A stretch of 64,000 nt of DNA from positions 620,001 to 684,000 of the forward strand of contig JBLDXI010000028.1 in the NCBI GenBank assembly GCA_047495785.1, given 5' to 3'. Source of the DNA: Lepidodermella squamata. Lineage: Eukaryota > Animalia > Gastrotricha. A program made the position numbers and the translations under genes. Below the pieces are notes generated by a model, which worked only from the letters and a program-made list of their open reading frames with translations, was not told the origin of the DNA and did not search any database. Of this stretch, positions 24,633 to 37,700 are shown piece after piece; position 1 is the stretch's first letter; every line of letters begins with the position of its first letter.

Positions 24633-25265
24633 ATGATTACCAGCGCCTCTGTTATTCTTCTGATTGCCGTGTTCGGGTCTTCGCAAGCCTGGCCGGACGA
24701 AGGCTTCTGCGCCTTGTGAGGAATACTAAAGGAGGACAAACTCGCGCGCGCACACAGCGCGAGCCAGGCGACCATGCATAGTTTTCTTGAGGTAACTTTT
24801 TTGCCTTGATGAATTTGAGAAATATTTTTACAGATTCGGAAAGCTCGCTTCAATCTGCAGTCGCCTATGTTTTTACTTTGTGGATTTTCCTCTTCGAAAT
24901 TTATAAAAAGTTGGGGAAACGCTCAAAATGCTTAAAAACAAGCAAAAATGACCCTTTTTCCGGCGCATAATGCAAAATTACTGTGAATGATGTTTAAAAA
25001 ATAAAAACATGAGCGACACCATCTTGAGGCGAACTTTCCAAATCTGTAAACAGTTTCCGAAAATTCCTCATAACAAAAAAGTTACCGCGGGATTAAAACA
25101 CCCCACTTTTTGGGGTGACTAAATAACACGCGCGCTGGTCGCACAATAGGCCCATACTGTTACGCGCGCGCGCACGCAAGTTTGTCCTCCTTTAGTATTC
25201 CTCGCAAGTTCTGCGCAGGACCACAGGCTGAGTGTTCCATTCGCCGTTGCTGTACAGGCTCGTAA
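24633..25265 (+). CDS. Secreted six-cysteine peptide gene interrupted by a MITE
   Basis: Removing 24718-25203 restores MITSASVILLIAVFGSSQAWPDEGFCALCKFCAGPQAECSIRRCCTGS* (48 aa: signal peptide plus 6 Cys). Confidence 0.75.
24718..25203. mobile_element. 486-bp MITE, 25-bp perfect TIRs, no target-site duplication
   Basis: gaggaatactaaaggaggacaaact at 24718-24742 and its reverse complement at 25179-25203; flanks TTGT | GCAA. Confidence 0.9.
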
Positions 25266-26046
25266 TGACTGCTCGTATTGCGCAAGAGGTGTTATTGAAA
25301 AATGCGTTTCAGGCACTGCGTCAATGGATTATGCGTAGGAAGCGGGTCAAGTGGTTGTTCTATAACTTTTTGCGATGGAGGCCGTCAATGCTGTGGTACA
25401 GCGTAGGTTCCACGTTTCTTTTCCCTTTGCCGGCTTTGATATGTAACAACTAATTTCAGCGTGTGCTCTTCTGGCTATTGCGTTGCTATTGCTCCGCCAG
25501 ATCACGGATGGGGAACAAGACAAAACCCAGGCTGGGGAAAATGATTCACTACGTACTCAGTGGACTCCAGTGACATAAAAATGAAAATTCCAAGTTCCAC
25601 CTTATTTTCATAATTATTAACTTTTACTATTTCCTGAAAGAGTCAATAAAAGAGCAAAAAATAGACGCGATCCACTGAAAAAGTACAAGTTGTACGGAAC
25701 GTGACCCAATTGCCTTGCAGCGCTTACAGCGTCGCCTCAACGTCTATAACGTTCAATTTGCTGCGCATCTATCAGTTTTAGCGAAATATCGCATGTATCG
25801 CCGTCAGACCCCTCACGTGCCATCTGCCACCTGCCATATAACCTGGATTCCACGTTTTCAACCCAGCAGTAAAAAAATAAGTCCTCATGCGACTATTATC
25901 GCGAATGTAAACATTTCGATTTTACTTATCAATGTATCATTAATTATCAAATATTTCATTCACAACAGGTATAGTCAAAGCATCATACATTAATCAACTC
26001 TAAATGTTACGTAGATTATAATAACCGCGAGTTTTTCAACAGATTT

Positions 26047-29000
26047 TCACTTTGCCTGTTGATTTCTCAGCGCCGGAATCATTGACCAAATCGCGAGAGG
26101 GCGCATATAGCCCAACGATCGATATTTATTCAGCGTATTATACGCTTCCGGTGTCTGAAACCCAAGACCCATTCGCTCGTAGATATTCCTATAAATAGCC
26201 TCGGCAATTTCAAACCCCTCTTGCCGCCGGCCGTTCGCTATCAACAGCGACGCGAGGCAGTAATTAACACCCGTCCAAATCTCCTCAGATTGAATGCAAT
26301 CAATATCGACTCCCTTGCCATTTGGCAAGGCGCCGTTCACAACCCCCCACTTGCCGCCATCAACAGCCCTGTAATTGTTGTCCAACACCGAAGTCAGTGT
26401 CAAGTCAACATTTTGCGCCGGAATAATAGCAGACGGGTTTTCCAGTGAATTTGTCACAACTTTCGGATCGTGCACCAAATCACACATGCGTAGATACCAA
26501 TAACCGGCCAACTGATCCGCCATAACCACAGTTCGGTTATACTCCTTTTTGTTACAGTCAAAATTGTAGTATTTCCCGTTCCAAAGTTTGGCCTCGTAGG
26601 CCTGTGACGCTTTGGCGAGTGTTTCCTCGTAAAATTTAGCGTCCTCTGTTAATTTCAGTTCCAGGGCCATGAGTTGGCAGCATCGCAGGGATGCGAGCCA
26701 AAGGCCGCCGCAGTATGCGCTCGGCCCAGTCATCACCCAAACGTCGTAGGTTTGGTCTGATCGCCCACCGTTTTCTATCAAACCGTCCTTATCGGCATCC
26801 CATAGCTCGAGACAGCGTTGGGCAAGCAGTTTGCACAACGGGTAGATGTCTTCGATGATGGCGCGATTTTTGCTGAATACGAAGTCTCTGAAAGGGAGTT
26901 CAATTGGTTTTAAGAAAAGTTTGATTGAAATGTTGATCGGAGCGAAGTTCGCCCTATAATAGGCAGACCGTCATAACAGCACATACCCGAAACAGCAAAC
27001 ACGACAAAACAGAAAAATGTTAAACTAGAGACATAACATCAGAAACACGGTGCATCTTTCTAAGTGTTCGCTGATTTGTCACGAAATGAAAAATTTGCTG
27101 TTTTGTCGCATTCGATGTTCTGCGAAGTTGCTGTTTTGTCGCCCTACAGACCTCTAATACAATGTCTGTGTCATTCGAGAAAATCTGACGTTTTTTCACA
27201 TTCCAAGATTCAAACTACGGAATAATTACCTCCACGTTTGAAGAATGAACTTGAGGTTGAGATCTTTCCACTGTTCGGTCGGATGTACGAAATACGCGTT
27301 GATGTCAGTCCACGGATTCGCATCCGGATCGCCGAGATCGTGCGGCACCGAGTTGCCGACTTTGATAGCACCCACTTCACCCAACATAAACCGCGTCTGC
27401 CGTAAATCTTCCTTCGTTACAGCTCGCGCAAATTCGTACTGAATTGACCTAGAAAAATAAAATTAGGGAATGCGATGAAAAAACCAAAAAATCGAGCTTT
27501 TACAGCTGAATATTTGGCCACAATTGAACCAGAGCGAAAGACGCGTTGTAATGCACATCGTAGGTATTGTACATTTTGTACTCGTGGCCCTCCAAATAGG
27601 CGAACCGGCCGTAATCACGCAGCATCTGCTTATGCGACTCACTTATCGCCTCTGAGTCAATATTTTTCAGATCGACGTCCAACCACACCGTACCACCATC
27701 GGCGATGAAGTACAGCTCGTTGAAAATGGCCGAGCGGAACCACTCGGGCAGCGTCGAGTCGGTGAGGATCGGCAGCTGCCACTCGTCGATCGCCCTCTCC
27801 CACGACTTGTACGCCGACAGGGCGTGGGCGACGAGGGCGTTCGGGTCCTGGTAGAAGCGGGCGTAGCGCCGCTGGTGCGTGTGCCCCGTCGACGCGAAGT
27901 GGATCGTCGGCTGGTGCCACGCCAGCGCGAACACGATCTGCCGCGTCTGCCCGGCCGGCACGCGGTAGCACGACCCGGCCACCGCCGTGCCGATCTCCTC
28001 GCCCTTCGCCGTAGTCGTCTTCGAGCGGTCGTCCAGGGCGGAGGAAAACGCGCCCCGTTCTCGGAATTCGTTCCATAGGTCGGAGCCGTTACCCAACGGG
28101 TTGAACGAGGTCTTGTGAGAGATCAGGACTTTACTGTCGCTATTCGCAGAGCTTTCCAAGGCGCCGAGGCAGTAAGTTGTCGGCATTTTGCGTAAATCTT
28201 GCTGAATCTTCGCGACACGAATCGAGCTTTTCCCATCTTCAGTTTTCACCTACAAAATCACAGTAAAATATTCAAGCCTTCAAAAATGTATACTTTATGT
28301 TTCGATCGGATGAATCGGAAATAAATTCGTCGGGGATCAGATTTATTTCAGAAACAAAGTCGGATTGATGAGCTGATCGGCTTTGACTCGCAAGAAGACC
28401 ACCTACAACTAAGAGAGGACGTCTGCGAGTGGCTTCGTAGAGCCTTGTCTTATTGGCCTCATATCGAAGAAAAGCAAAATAACTTGCAACTTGCAAAATA
28501 AGTAAACATAAGGGTGCACAGCACACAGGCGCCGGCCACGATGATCTGGGCCGAAAGCTAACTCTGAACGTTCTGCTCTAGGCAATAATAATTATATTGG
28601 ACCTTGGGAGTCAAAAACGTCGCTTACTCATTTCATTCTCTCTGCGAACTTCACTAAGACGCTAATCTTTTTCGGTTTTACCTGCGCATTATAACTAAAA
28701 ATAAAACCCCATCATTTCGACTGATATCTTAACAGTCATTTTAACAATAAACGCGCTAAAAATGACAAACAAGCTCATTTCAAAACGTCTTCTCATTCAA
28801 AACCCCATCACTCGCGCATTTTCGTTACACGCGAAATGATCGTTCCCATACATTTTCGAAAAACAATCTTTTAGTAGAAACAACCGAAAATTCTGGGCAT
28901 TTTTTGCAATTCTGCGACTTATTTTGAAAATTACTAAAACAAAAGAATTTTCTGAAAAAAGATACCGTAAATTGGGGTGAAATTACCATATCAAAAATCG

Positions 29001-30093
29001 AAGGTGGGTAATGATGTATTGATGTGCGTTGTAGATATCTAGACTGGTCTCTTCTCGGGCTATCCAACGGTCTTGCCCTAACTTCGATTTTTGATGTACA
29101 TGGTCAGCCTAATTTACGGTAGGTCCCTCTTTTCGTGTATTTTCTTAGCTAGCGTTACGTATGGGACACGTCGTAGCTCAGTAATAAGCCTTGCCTCCTT
29201 CCGAGGGGATAAGCGCATAAATCCACATTGTCCAGCAATTTTAAATCGACGATTGAAATTCAGAGAATTTTTCAAAATTCAAAGTGAAAGAATTCAGCAA
29301 GATAAGATTAACATACCTGAGAAGCTTCGGTGAAACAGCCTCCATTCCGATCGAAAGCCGCTTCACCAACGCCGTTTTTGAACGCAAAAGCCAACGAAAT
29401 ATCCAAGTCCTCATTCGACGTATTCTTCACATCCCAAACGAACACGGCGCATGGCAAACACGACTCGGTGTAATCGCCCGGGATGAACGGCGAAATCTGG
29501 CGGCAAGTCGCTTCGACGCCACACTGCGACTTCAAATCGTAGCTCGTCCACGATTTCGGGTACAACGCTCGATAGGACACCGATTTTCGGTCGGACAACT
29601 TCTTCCAAGTCGTTAGATACGGCGATTTCTTGTCAGGAATTTGCGGCCCACCCGCGACAAGTAGGGCTTCCTGCCAGATTTTTTCCGGCTTCTGATCGGA
29701 ATTTTCGGGCGATTTCGCGACGCGAAGGATGAACTGATCAGCGTCAACTGTGTTGTAGGTATAGTGCCCTGGGATCATTTGGAATCGCGTGAAAGCGCCG
29801 CCTATCGACCGGCCGATTGTGCCAGAGCCGATTCCGCCCAACGGAGCGCCGTACATTGGCGCGTATTGAACGAGGTGAGCGTGGTCCATTGGTATGCTTT
29901 CGCCGCTCCATCGCTTTTTGGCGTAGTACCAGGCGATGTGGGGCATGTACCATAGAATTTCCCACATCTGGTTGAGGCGGGGCGTTTGAAGCGGGCTCAC
30001 TGGTTGCGGGAAGACATGGTCGAGTTTGACGCTCCAGCCCAGGGTGTTCACATCGACTTCACCATTGGAAGACTTTTTCTCATCGGAAGACAT
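26047..30093 (-). CDS. GBA2: Non-lysosomal glucosylceramidase (GH116), copy A
   Basis: [84 protein letters not shown]. Confidence 0.95.
26960..27150. repeat. Small foldback repeat in GBA2-A intron
   Basis: cgacaaaacag(c/a)a-type motifs on the left, inverted ttgctgttttgtcg twice on the right. Confidence 0.5.
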
Positions 30094-31735
30094 GTCAAAA
30101 GTTCAATTTCAGGTATAAAAAACGCACTAGAAATGGTCAATTAAAAAAATAGAATCTGGCCTATAAGTAAGGATCAAAGGGCGAGATAGATAAAGAGTCA
30201 CCAGTTTTTATCTTATCGCCAAAGAAGGCCTCATTTACGCGCCATTTTTAGCGATAATGGCCTGCCCTCGAAATTATTTCTGGAAGGGCAAAATCTGCGA
30301 TCGTGGTTAGACTGAGTTTTTAACTCAATTATTTCAAGGAGTTCCCATTCCTCGAAAACTATTTGGTCTGTTCACCTCTTCTCCAAGAAGACAAGGATAT
30401 TCCGTCATATATTTCAACTATCTACTATTCACTGAACGATACTTTGAAATTCGAAATAAATTTGTCGGTAAATGCTGTTAGCGAAACAGAAAAACAGTTT
30501 AATGAGGGTTACGCTGGCGAAAACTCAAGAAAATTCGGGAAAATGCGCGTTTCGAGCAACAAAATTCCCCACTTCGTTCCGGGTCTTTTGATTCAACTTT
30601 TGATAGGATAAAGACGAATAAATAGAAAATAACGCCAATAGCTGATCTCGTGGCAGGATGACGCACATAACCTAGGCACGTGCCAGGATTGTGTTAACAA
30701 GATTTTGAGCATTATTCTCGCCGTTGTCTCATCAACGGAAAAATATCTAAAAAATGTGTAGCACTAGGGTCTACCCTGAATTATCAAGTGATAAGTCGAG
30801 TTCTCCGTAAATCGTAATATTCAACATTACAAAGTTTTGTACCGCTGGGTTGAATCAGCAGAAGCGTGTTCCCCATTGGACAAACTCTGGGCAGGTTACG
30901 CAACTTTTTCGAATAATCACTTCCTGCGTAACCTCAAAAACTATCCTTTAGTGAGTAGGTATGTAGGCAATCCTTTAAACACTAATTAGTTGAAGCCGTT
31001 AGGAACTCAGTTATTAGTGGTAAACGTAGCCATTTCGATTTGTTAGTCTTTTTTTAGATCATTAATCACTCGATAAGCGTTGTTTATTTTGTTACGCAAA
31101 GCTATGTATACCTCAAGAATTCAAGCCAGCTTTGCAACTCGGGAAACGAACTCCTTCTCCAGACAGTTTCAATATCAACCTCTAAATCAGAAAAATCGAA
31201 TCACAGTTTTTGAAAAATGACGATAAAATCAGCAGATCAATCTTTATGTTTATTTTGCCGTTTGGTAATATTTCGATTTGATCTCCTCCAATTTATATCA
31301 CACATCAAGTTCATTGCGATTTTCCTCCAGACATCGTATAGTAGCAAGAAACAAAAACTAACAGAATTTTGAGTAACAATATAAAAATTTTGATGAATGC
31401 CTATAGAGCAACAAATTTTGTTTTTCAGCAAATAACAATATGATATTATATTATCGCATGTCGTTAAAAGAATATTTTTTGCGCAGTGTTCGAAACAACA
31501 TTAAAAACATTTTATACACAGTAAAACGGGAAAGGAAACACGTTCAGAGCACAACCGGATATTTTTATCTTAAAAAGCGAGTGCCTTAGTTTTGTCATGG
31601 CAGCACCGATCATCATCATTTCCCCGAAATATATAAGGCTGAGATTTATACGCATGATAATATACAACCGGAGGTAATAAAATTAATTTTCCATAGCAAC
31701 AAGCAGATCTTTTTTCAACAGTGACATTATAAATC

Positions 31736-34700
31736 TCAATTATCGGATGCCAGATTTTGCTTCGCGTGGTTGAGCGCCGGGATCATTGACCAAATCGCAA
31801 GCGGCCGCATGTAGCCGAGAGATCGAAATTTGAACTGCAGATTGTACGCCTCGGGCGTTTGGAAGCCGATGCCCATCGACTCGTAAACGGTCCGATACAC
31901 CGATTGCGCCACGGCCAGGCCATCGCTACGCCGGCCATTCGCGATCAAAAGCGCGGCTAGGCAGTAGTTGACTCCGACCCAGATTTCTTCGGATTGGATG
32001 CTGAACTTCTCCACGCCTCGATGATTCGGCCTCGCGCCATTCACCACGCCCCATTGGCCGCCGGAGATCGCGCGAAAATTGTTCTCGACAATCGACGTTA
32101 AGGTGGACTTCACGTGATCTGGAGGCAGAATCTCCGAGTCTAATTCGCCGTCTTCGTCCTGAACTAGATCGCACATTCGAAGGAACCAGTACCCGGCGAG
32201 CTGATCAGCCATGACCGTGGTTCGAATCGTTTCGCTTCGATTGCAGTCGAAGTTGTAGTACTGACCGTTCCACAGGCGGCTTTCGTACGCGTCAGATGCG
32301 CGATTTCGGACATTTCGGTAGAATTCGGCGTCTTCTTGCAGGCCCAGCTCGACGGCCATGAGTTCGCTGGAGCGTAACGCGCCGAGCCAAAGACCGCCGC
32401 AGTACGCGCTCGGGCCAGTCATCACCCAGTTGTCGTAGGTCTGGTCAGGGGCGCCGCCGTTTTCGATGAGGCCATCGCCGTCTTTGTCCCAAAGGGCCAA
32501 GCAGCGTTTGACGAGGGCCGCGCAAACTGGATAGATATCCTCGATTACACTGCGATTTTTCGTGTACACGAAATCTCTGAAAATTTAACGGAAAATTGTT
32601 TTACATTAATTTATACCAATTTTCCATGTAATAAAAAAATGAATTTCTTAGATTTTAGAAAAGTCTATAAAAATATATTCCTTACGAATTATTTTGAAAA
32701 ATAAAAAAAATTCAAAAATAGAACCAAAATTTTAGAAATTTACTCGGTCGATTTTCATTTTTAAATTTATAATTGAAAGCCCGAAAGAGATATTAAAGCA
32801 CTTGCGGAAATTAGAATAAAAATGCAATTCTAATGCTTACCGCCATGTTTGAAGGATGAACTTGAGGTTGAGATCTTTCCACTGATCGGTCGGATGCACG
32901 AAATACGCGTTGATTTGCAGCCAAGGATCCGAGTCAGGATCACCGAGATCGTGCGGAACACAGCCAGGAACTTTCAACACGCCGGTCCCGCCAGCAAGGA
33001 AAACGGCTGGCCGTGTGTCGGACAAAGTAGTCCACCTCGCGAATTCATACTGAATCAAGCTAATAACAAGAAAATGATGGTTATATTGTTTTATATAAAT
33101 TTCAAAAAATTCAATTTTTGTTTCAAAATAAACAAGCCAGTTCCCATCTGATTTTTCGGATTTTTTAATAAATTTTAATCTGGTGAAATCTATGATGAAT
33201 ACTGCTAGCTTCTCCCCGAAGGTTCAATTTGAAAAAAATTGATAAGAAACCAGAAAATAGCGATGGAAATTATAGGACACTGACGACGAGTTCCTAAATT
33301 CCAAACTTTTCTTGAATTTCCATGATTATGAGGATCTAATTTTTTAATGAGAAATGAGAATATGGCAGGATCAATTTGTTATAACCTGTAGATAGAGATT
33401 GCGTGCTCATTTCGCGGAATAGGACCCCAGACATTTTGGATTAAAAATTGAATTTTTAGGGAAAAAAAATAAAATATTTAAAGATAAATTGAATAAACTC
33501 ACAGTTCGATATTCGGCCAAAGTTGAACTAGAGCGAAAGACGCATTGAAGTGCACATCATACGTCGTGTACATGCGGTATTCATGGCCCTCCAAATACGC
33601 AAATCGGCCGTACTCGGCCAGCAAATCACGATGCGCCGGACTGATAGCCTCAGCCTCGATATCCTTCCGATCAATATCGACCCAAATCGTACCACCATCG
33701 GCGATGAAGTACAGCTCGTTGAAAATGGCGGAGCGGAACCACTCGGGCAGCGTCGAGTCGGTGAGGATCGGCAGCTGCCACTCGTCGATCGCCCTCTCCC
33801 ACGACTTGTACGCCGACAGGGCGTGGGCGACGAGGGCGTTCGGGTCCTGGTAGAAGCGGGCGTAGCGCCGCTGGTGCGTGTGCCCCGTCGACGCGAAGTG
33901 GATCGTCGGCTGGTGCCACGCCAGCGCGAACACGATCTGCCGCGTCTGCCCGGCCGGCACGCGGTAGCACGACCCGGCCACGGCCGTGCCGATCTCTTCG
34001 CCCTTCGCCGTTGTCGTCTTCGAGCGGTCGTCGAGGGCGGACGAAAACGCGCCCCGTTCGCGGAATTCGTTCCATAGGTCGGAGCCGTCTCCCAACGGGT
34101 TGAAGGTTAGCTTGTGGGAGGTCGAAATTTTGCTGCAGCTCTGGTCGTCCGAGCTGTCGAGAACGCCGAGGCAGTAAGTTGTCGCCATCTGCTTGAGTTC
34201 TTGGTAGATTTTCGAGCACCGAATCGATTTTGAGCCGTCTTCAGTTTTTAGCTAAAAATTATAATAACAGTCATGATGAAAATATTCATTTTTAGCGCAA
34301 TTTTCTAGATGGACTCACTTGACTGTCACAAAAGCAACAAACTGAGGTCTTAAGCACCCTTAAAATTATAAATCATTTTACTGTTTTTGTTTCTGTTGTT
34401 TAATGTACGCCCCCACAACTTGCCAGCGCGCCCATCGTCAAACCTGCTGTTTCGGGAGGTACCTCGCCCGGTAAGAGCGGATCTTTTCAACTTTTTTAAC
34501 ATGTTGAACATTTTTTGTTTGAAAATGTGTCACAGCCACTCCGTTCCATGCGAAGTACGGCCGCAGCCATTGTTGTTGCCTGCTGCGCATTCATCCTGGG
34601 TTTGATCACATTCTACTCGTTTTTATTGTCACCGTTGGCCCGGGGTGATAGCAGGCGGTGTTGCTCGCCGTCATTTACCTGTTACTGTTGGTTTAGACAG

Positions 34701-37700
34701 CGCTGTCCATTTTCAGCCATCTGCACACCCGGAACCGGGCACTCAACACAACTATAGCCTTAATAATTCTGAACACAACAGCCGCCCTCAACTCTAGGTT
34801 ATCGACGCAGTCATGCAGCCAGTCTTAGTCAACTACCAGCTACATCACTAGCTTTTAATATTATATTGGCTCATGTATAGATGCTTTATTACATCACCTT
34901 AAGATCAAACAAATATTCTTGATTTCACATGGTGATTTCTCCGTATTATTCACTGCAGCACCCGGGAGTACTCGTGTTTCTCCAAAATTGTACATGCTAT
35001 AAATATACTCTAAAATTTACATTTTTGGGTGCTTGGGTGCTGGACCGCGGTTTAAACCCAATCCGAATGTCTAAAAGGCAACGTTACAGTAACTACTTAT
35101 CTGTAACTCGGATCTCCGATAAATCCGTTTCTCCTTAGACGAGCAGCTCATTTCTGAGAATGACCTGATATCGATCAGGATGGGCATTCAAGCGATATCT
35201 CACCTGCCCGACTGTCCACAGAGATCGGCGGACATTCATTCTCAAATGTTGGTGGAATACTCATTTTTCCTTAAACTTGCACGTACCACTTTTGAAATTA
35301 ATTTTTTCATGTGATTTTATGAATTATCGCCCTGAATGAAATTACTATAATCACAGGCAAACGACGTCGAGCAAATATTGTTCATATCGCGCCAAAACTC
35401 AATTTTACTCCTTAACGCTTTATAACATTTATCATGTCTTTTTTGAAGAATCTTCGATACTCATTTTTCTTATACTTACTGTACATACTGTATTTTATAA
35501 AACACTCGGTACTGAAAAATTCTGACTCGTCTTTCGATGCAGCTTTTGGTATTCCATTCATACATATTTTAACCGCAAAAAAATAATCTTTATATAATCA
35601 CTGTGTCGCAAGTCCACATTTTTAATAAATGTTTATCTCTCTTTGTCTATTTTTATCAATAGCAATTTGTCTAGATACCTCACTATCATATAAAAAGTTA
35701 TATTTAAATTTCTCTGACTTCATTTTCGCACGCGATTGTAAAATTGTAAAATGTCTTCTTCTACGCTTTCTTCCTCACTGTAAAAAATCTCTGGCTATAT
35801 AGCAGTTGGTATTTAGCCACTTTGGGTATTTACTGTTTCACAATTTCGAATAAAACAGGATAATTTGCCGAAAATTATTTAACTTCAAAAAATCTCTAAT
35901 TAGTGTGTCATATTTTTCATTCGTGATAATTACTGGATGAAAAATGCGCATTTGAAATGAGAAGGGCGATTGTGATTTTTTTGTCTTAAGAGAGAGCAAA
36001 ACATGTTGCGCAACACAGCTGGCTCGCTGATTTTCAATAATGATGGATGAAAAGAAATAAAAACATTCAACGAACAGAGATCGATTTTTCGAAGTTTGCT
36101 GAGTGCCATAATGTCATATAAATCATGTCTATGTTTAATGCAGTTACTTTTTGTTGCGGATATACTTATTATTTTGTTGATATGGTTATTAGAATGGATA
36201 GGGAAAAACGTTTCCCGGCCTTATTCAAGGATGAAAATGTCGAAGATTCAGTCAAATCTGAAATTTTCGAAATTATGGAGAGTTAGTTTTGAATTATTTC
36301 TTAGAGTTCTTATCGTTTTTGAAATTTTAGACATCTCAGCCGCTTTTATTTACTGATTTTCACTCAAATTTTATTTTAAGCGATGTACATTGTTTGATTT
36401 ATTTCGGATTGATTTTTTGTGAAATTTCAGATTTTCCATTTTTGGCTTTTAAATTTGAATTTTTAAATTACCTTTTTAGCGGAATTGTTATCATCACACT
36501 TTTAGCGGTTGAAATTAAATTTTACACATTTTACAGTGCCAAATGCCTTTTTAGGGAATTTTCCTGTCTCGTTGTTAACCCTTAAATGCCGAATACTGTC
36601 TTTATTAACGCAGGCTCGACTGTTTTTGTTACAATTTCTTCGGTTTTTCATGAAATTTTTTCTTCAAAGAAATGCTCTGATTTTTAGTTGAATTTTTTTC
36701 AATAAAATAAAAAATTGCAAAATATTGTATACAATTTTTTAGTGAGATAAATATTGAAAAATTTCTAAAAATATTGTCATATTTGACTGTCGCTTTGTAG
36801 GATGTCGCCTGACGGTTACTGAGCTGCCGGATTTGGACGACCTCGTGTTAGAAAAGGTGTTCCCAATAATCGGGCTTCGAACAATCGTTAAGCGAATTTT
36901 AAGGCAAAAGCCTGCAGAAGCTTCTAAGGTTATACGTAGCACTATTTTTCCTTTCTCGGAATTTAACCAATTTTCAACAGAATACCGGCAAAAATCGGCA
37001 CGAACCACTGGTTATGAACTTCACCCAAGTTCACTGGGATCATCCCACTCTCAGGGCTGAGTGGAAGGAGAAGCGCATATGTGCGTCCTTCAACCAGCTG
37101 GTTCGCGAATATGGCCTGGCTCTGCTGAAGCAGAATGTTGGACGCGATTGGAAGCGCGGCGATAGCACGATAGCGACTGAGGTACTAACCAACCGCTTTA
37201 CGTGGCTTTTCAGTGTCGACGAGACAATCGTGAGTTATTTCAATTTATGATTTGTAAATTCAGCCAAAAATTTATTTGATTCTTTGAAATACTGAATTAA
37301 AATCAACTAGATACGCAGGGTGTCCAAAACGTAGGGCATAAATATATTTATATTATATATATATATTAATGATCAATAATAATTTTTAAATATTAATAAT
37401 CGGGCGCGCTCGGTGATGAATAAATAGTGACGATAGTGCGGTGAAACTATCCTCGAATATTTCTGATATTTCGGGTTTTATTTCTTTCACCAAGTACTAC
37501 GTCGTATCCGCAAAATTCCTTCTGATAGTTTGACCGGCTATATTTTATAATACAGAAGGCGAAAAAAATCTGAAAAATTGCCAACAAGAAATGCATCGGG
37601 CCATCGTTTCATCCGCGAATTTTTCCTGATGCTTGACTGTATTTGTAACTTGCATTATTTGTAACTACTTTTTAGACACGCCGTATTAGCTGAATTAAAC

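Noticed and set aside
27657-28078. Long alternative-frame and antisense ORFs over the GBA2 exons (also 33545-34219)
   Set aside because: Expected by-product of very high GC3 in the converted tract, which removes stop codons from other frames.
27689-28105. Horizontal transfer as explanation for the high-GC segment
   Set aside because: It is an in-frame part of a typical animal GBA2 exon present in both paralogs; conversion explains it better.
37312-37686. Possible Tc1/mariner MITE inside the EnSpm element intron
   Set aside because: Putative TIRs (cagggtgtccaaaa / tttttagacacgccg) are too degenerate to call.
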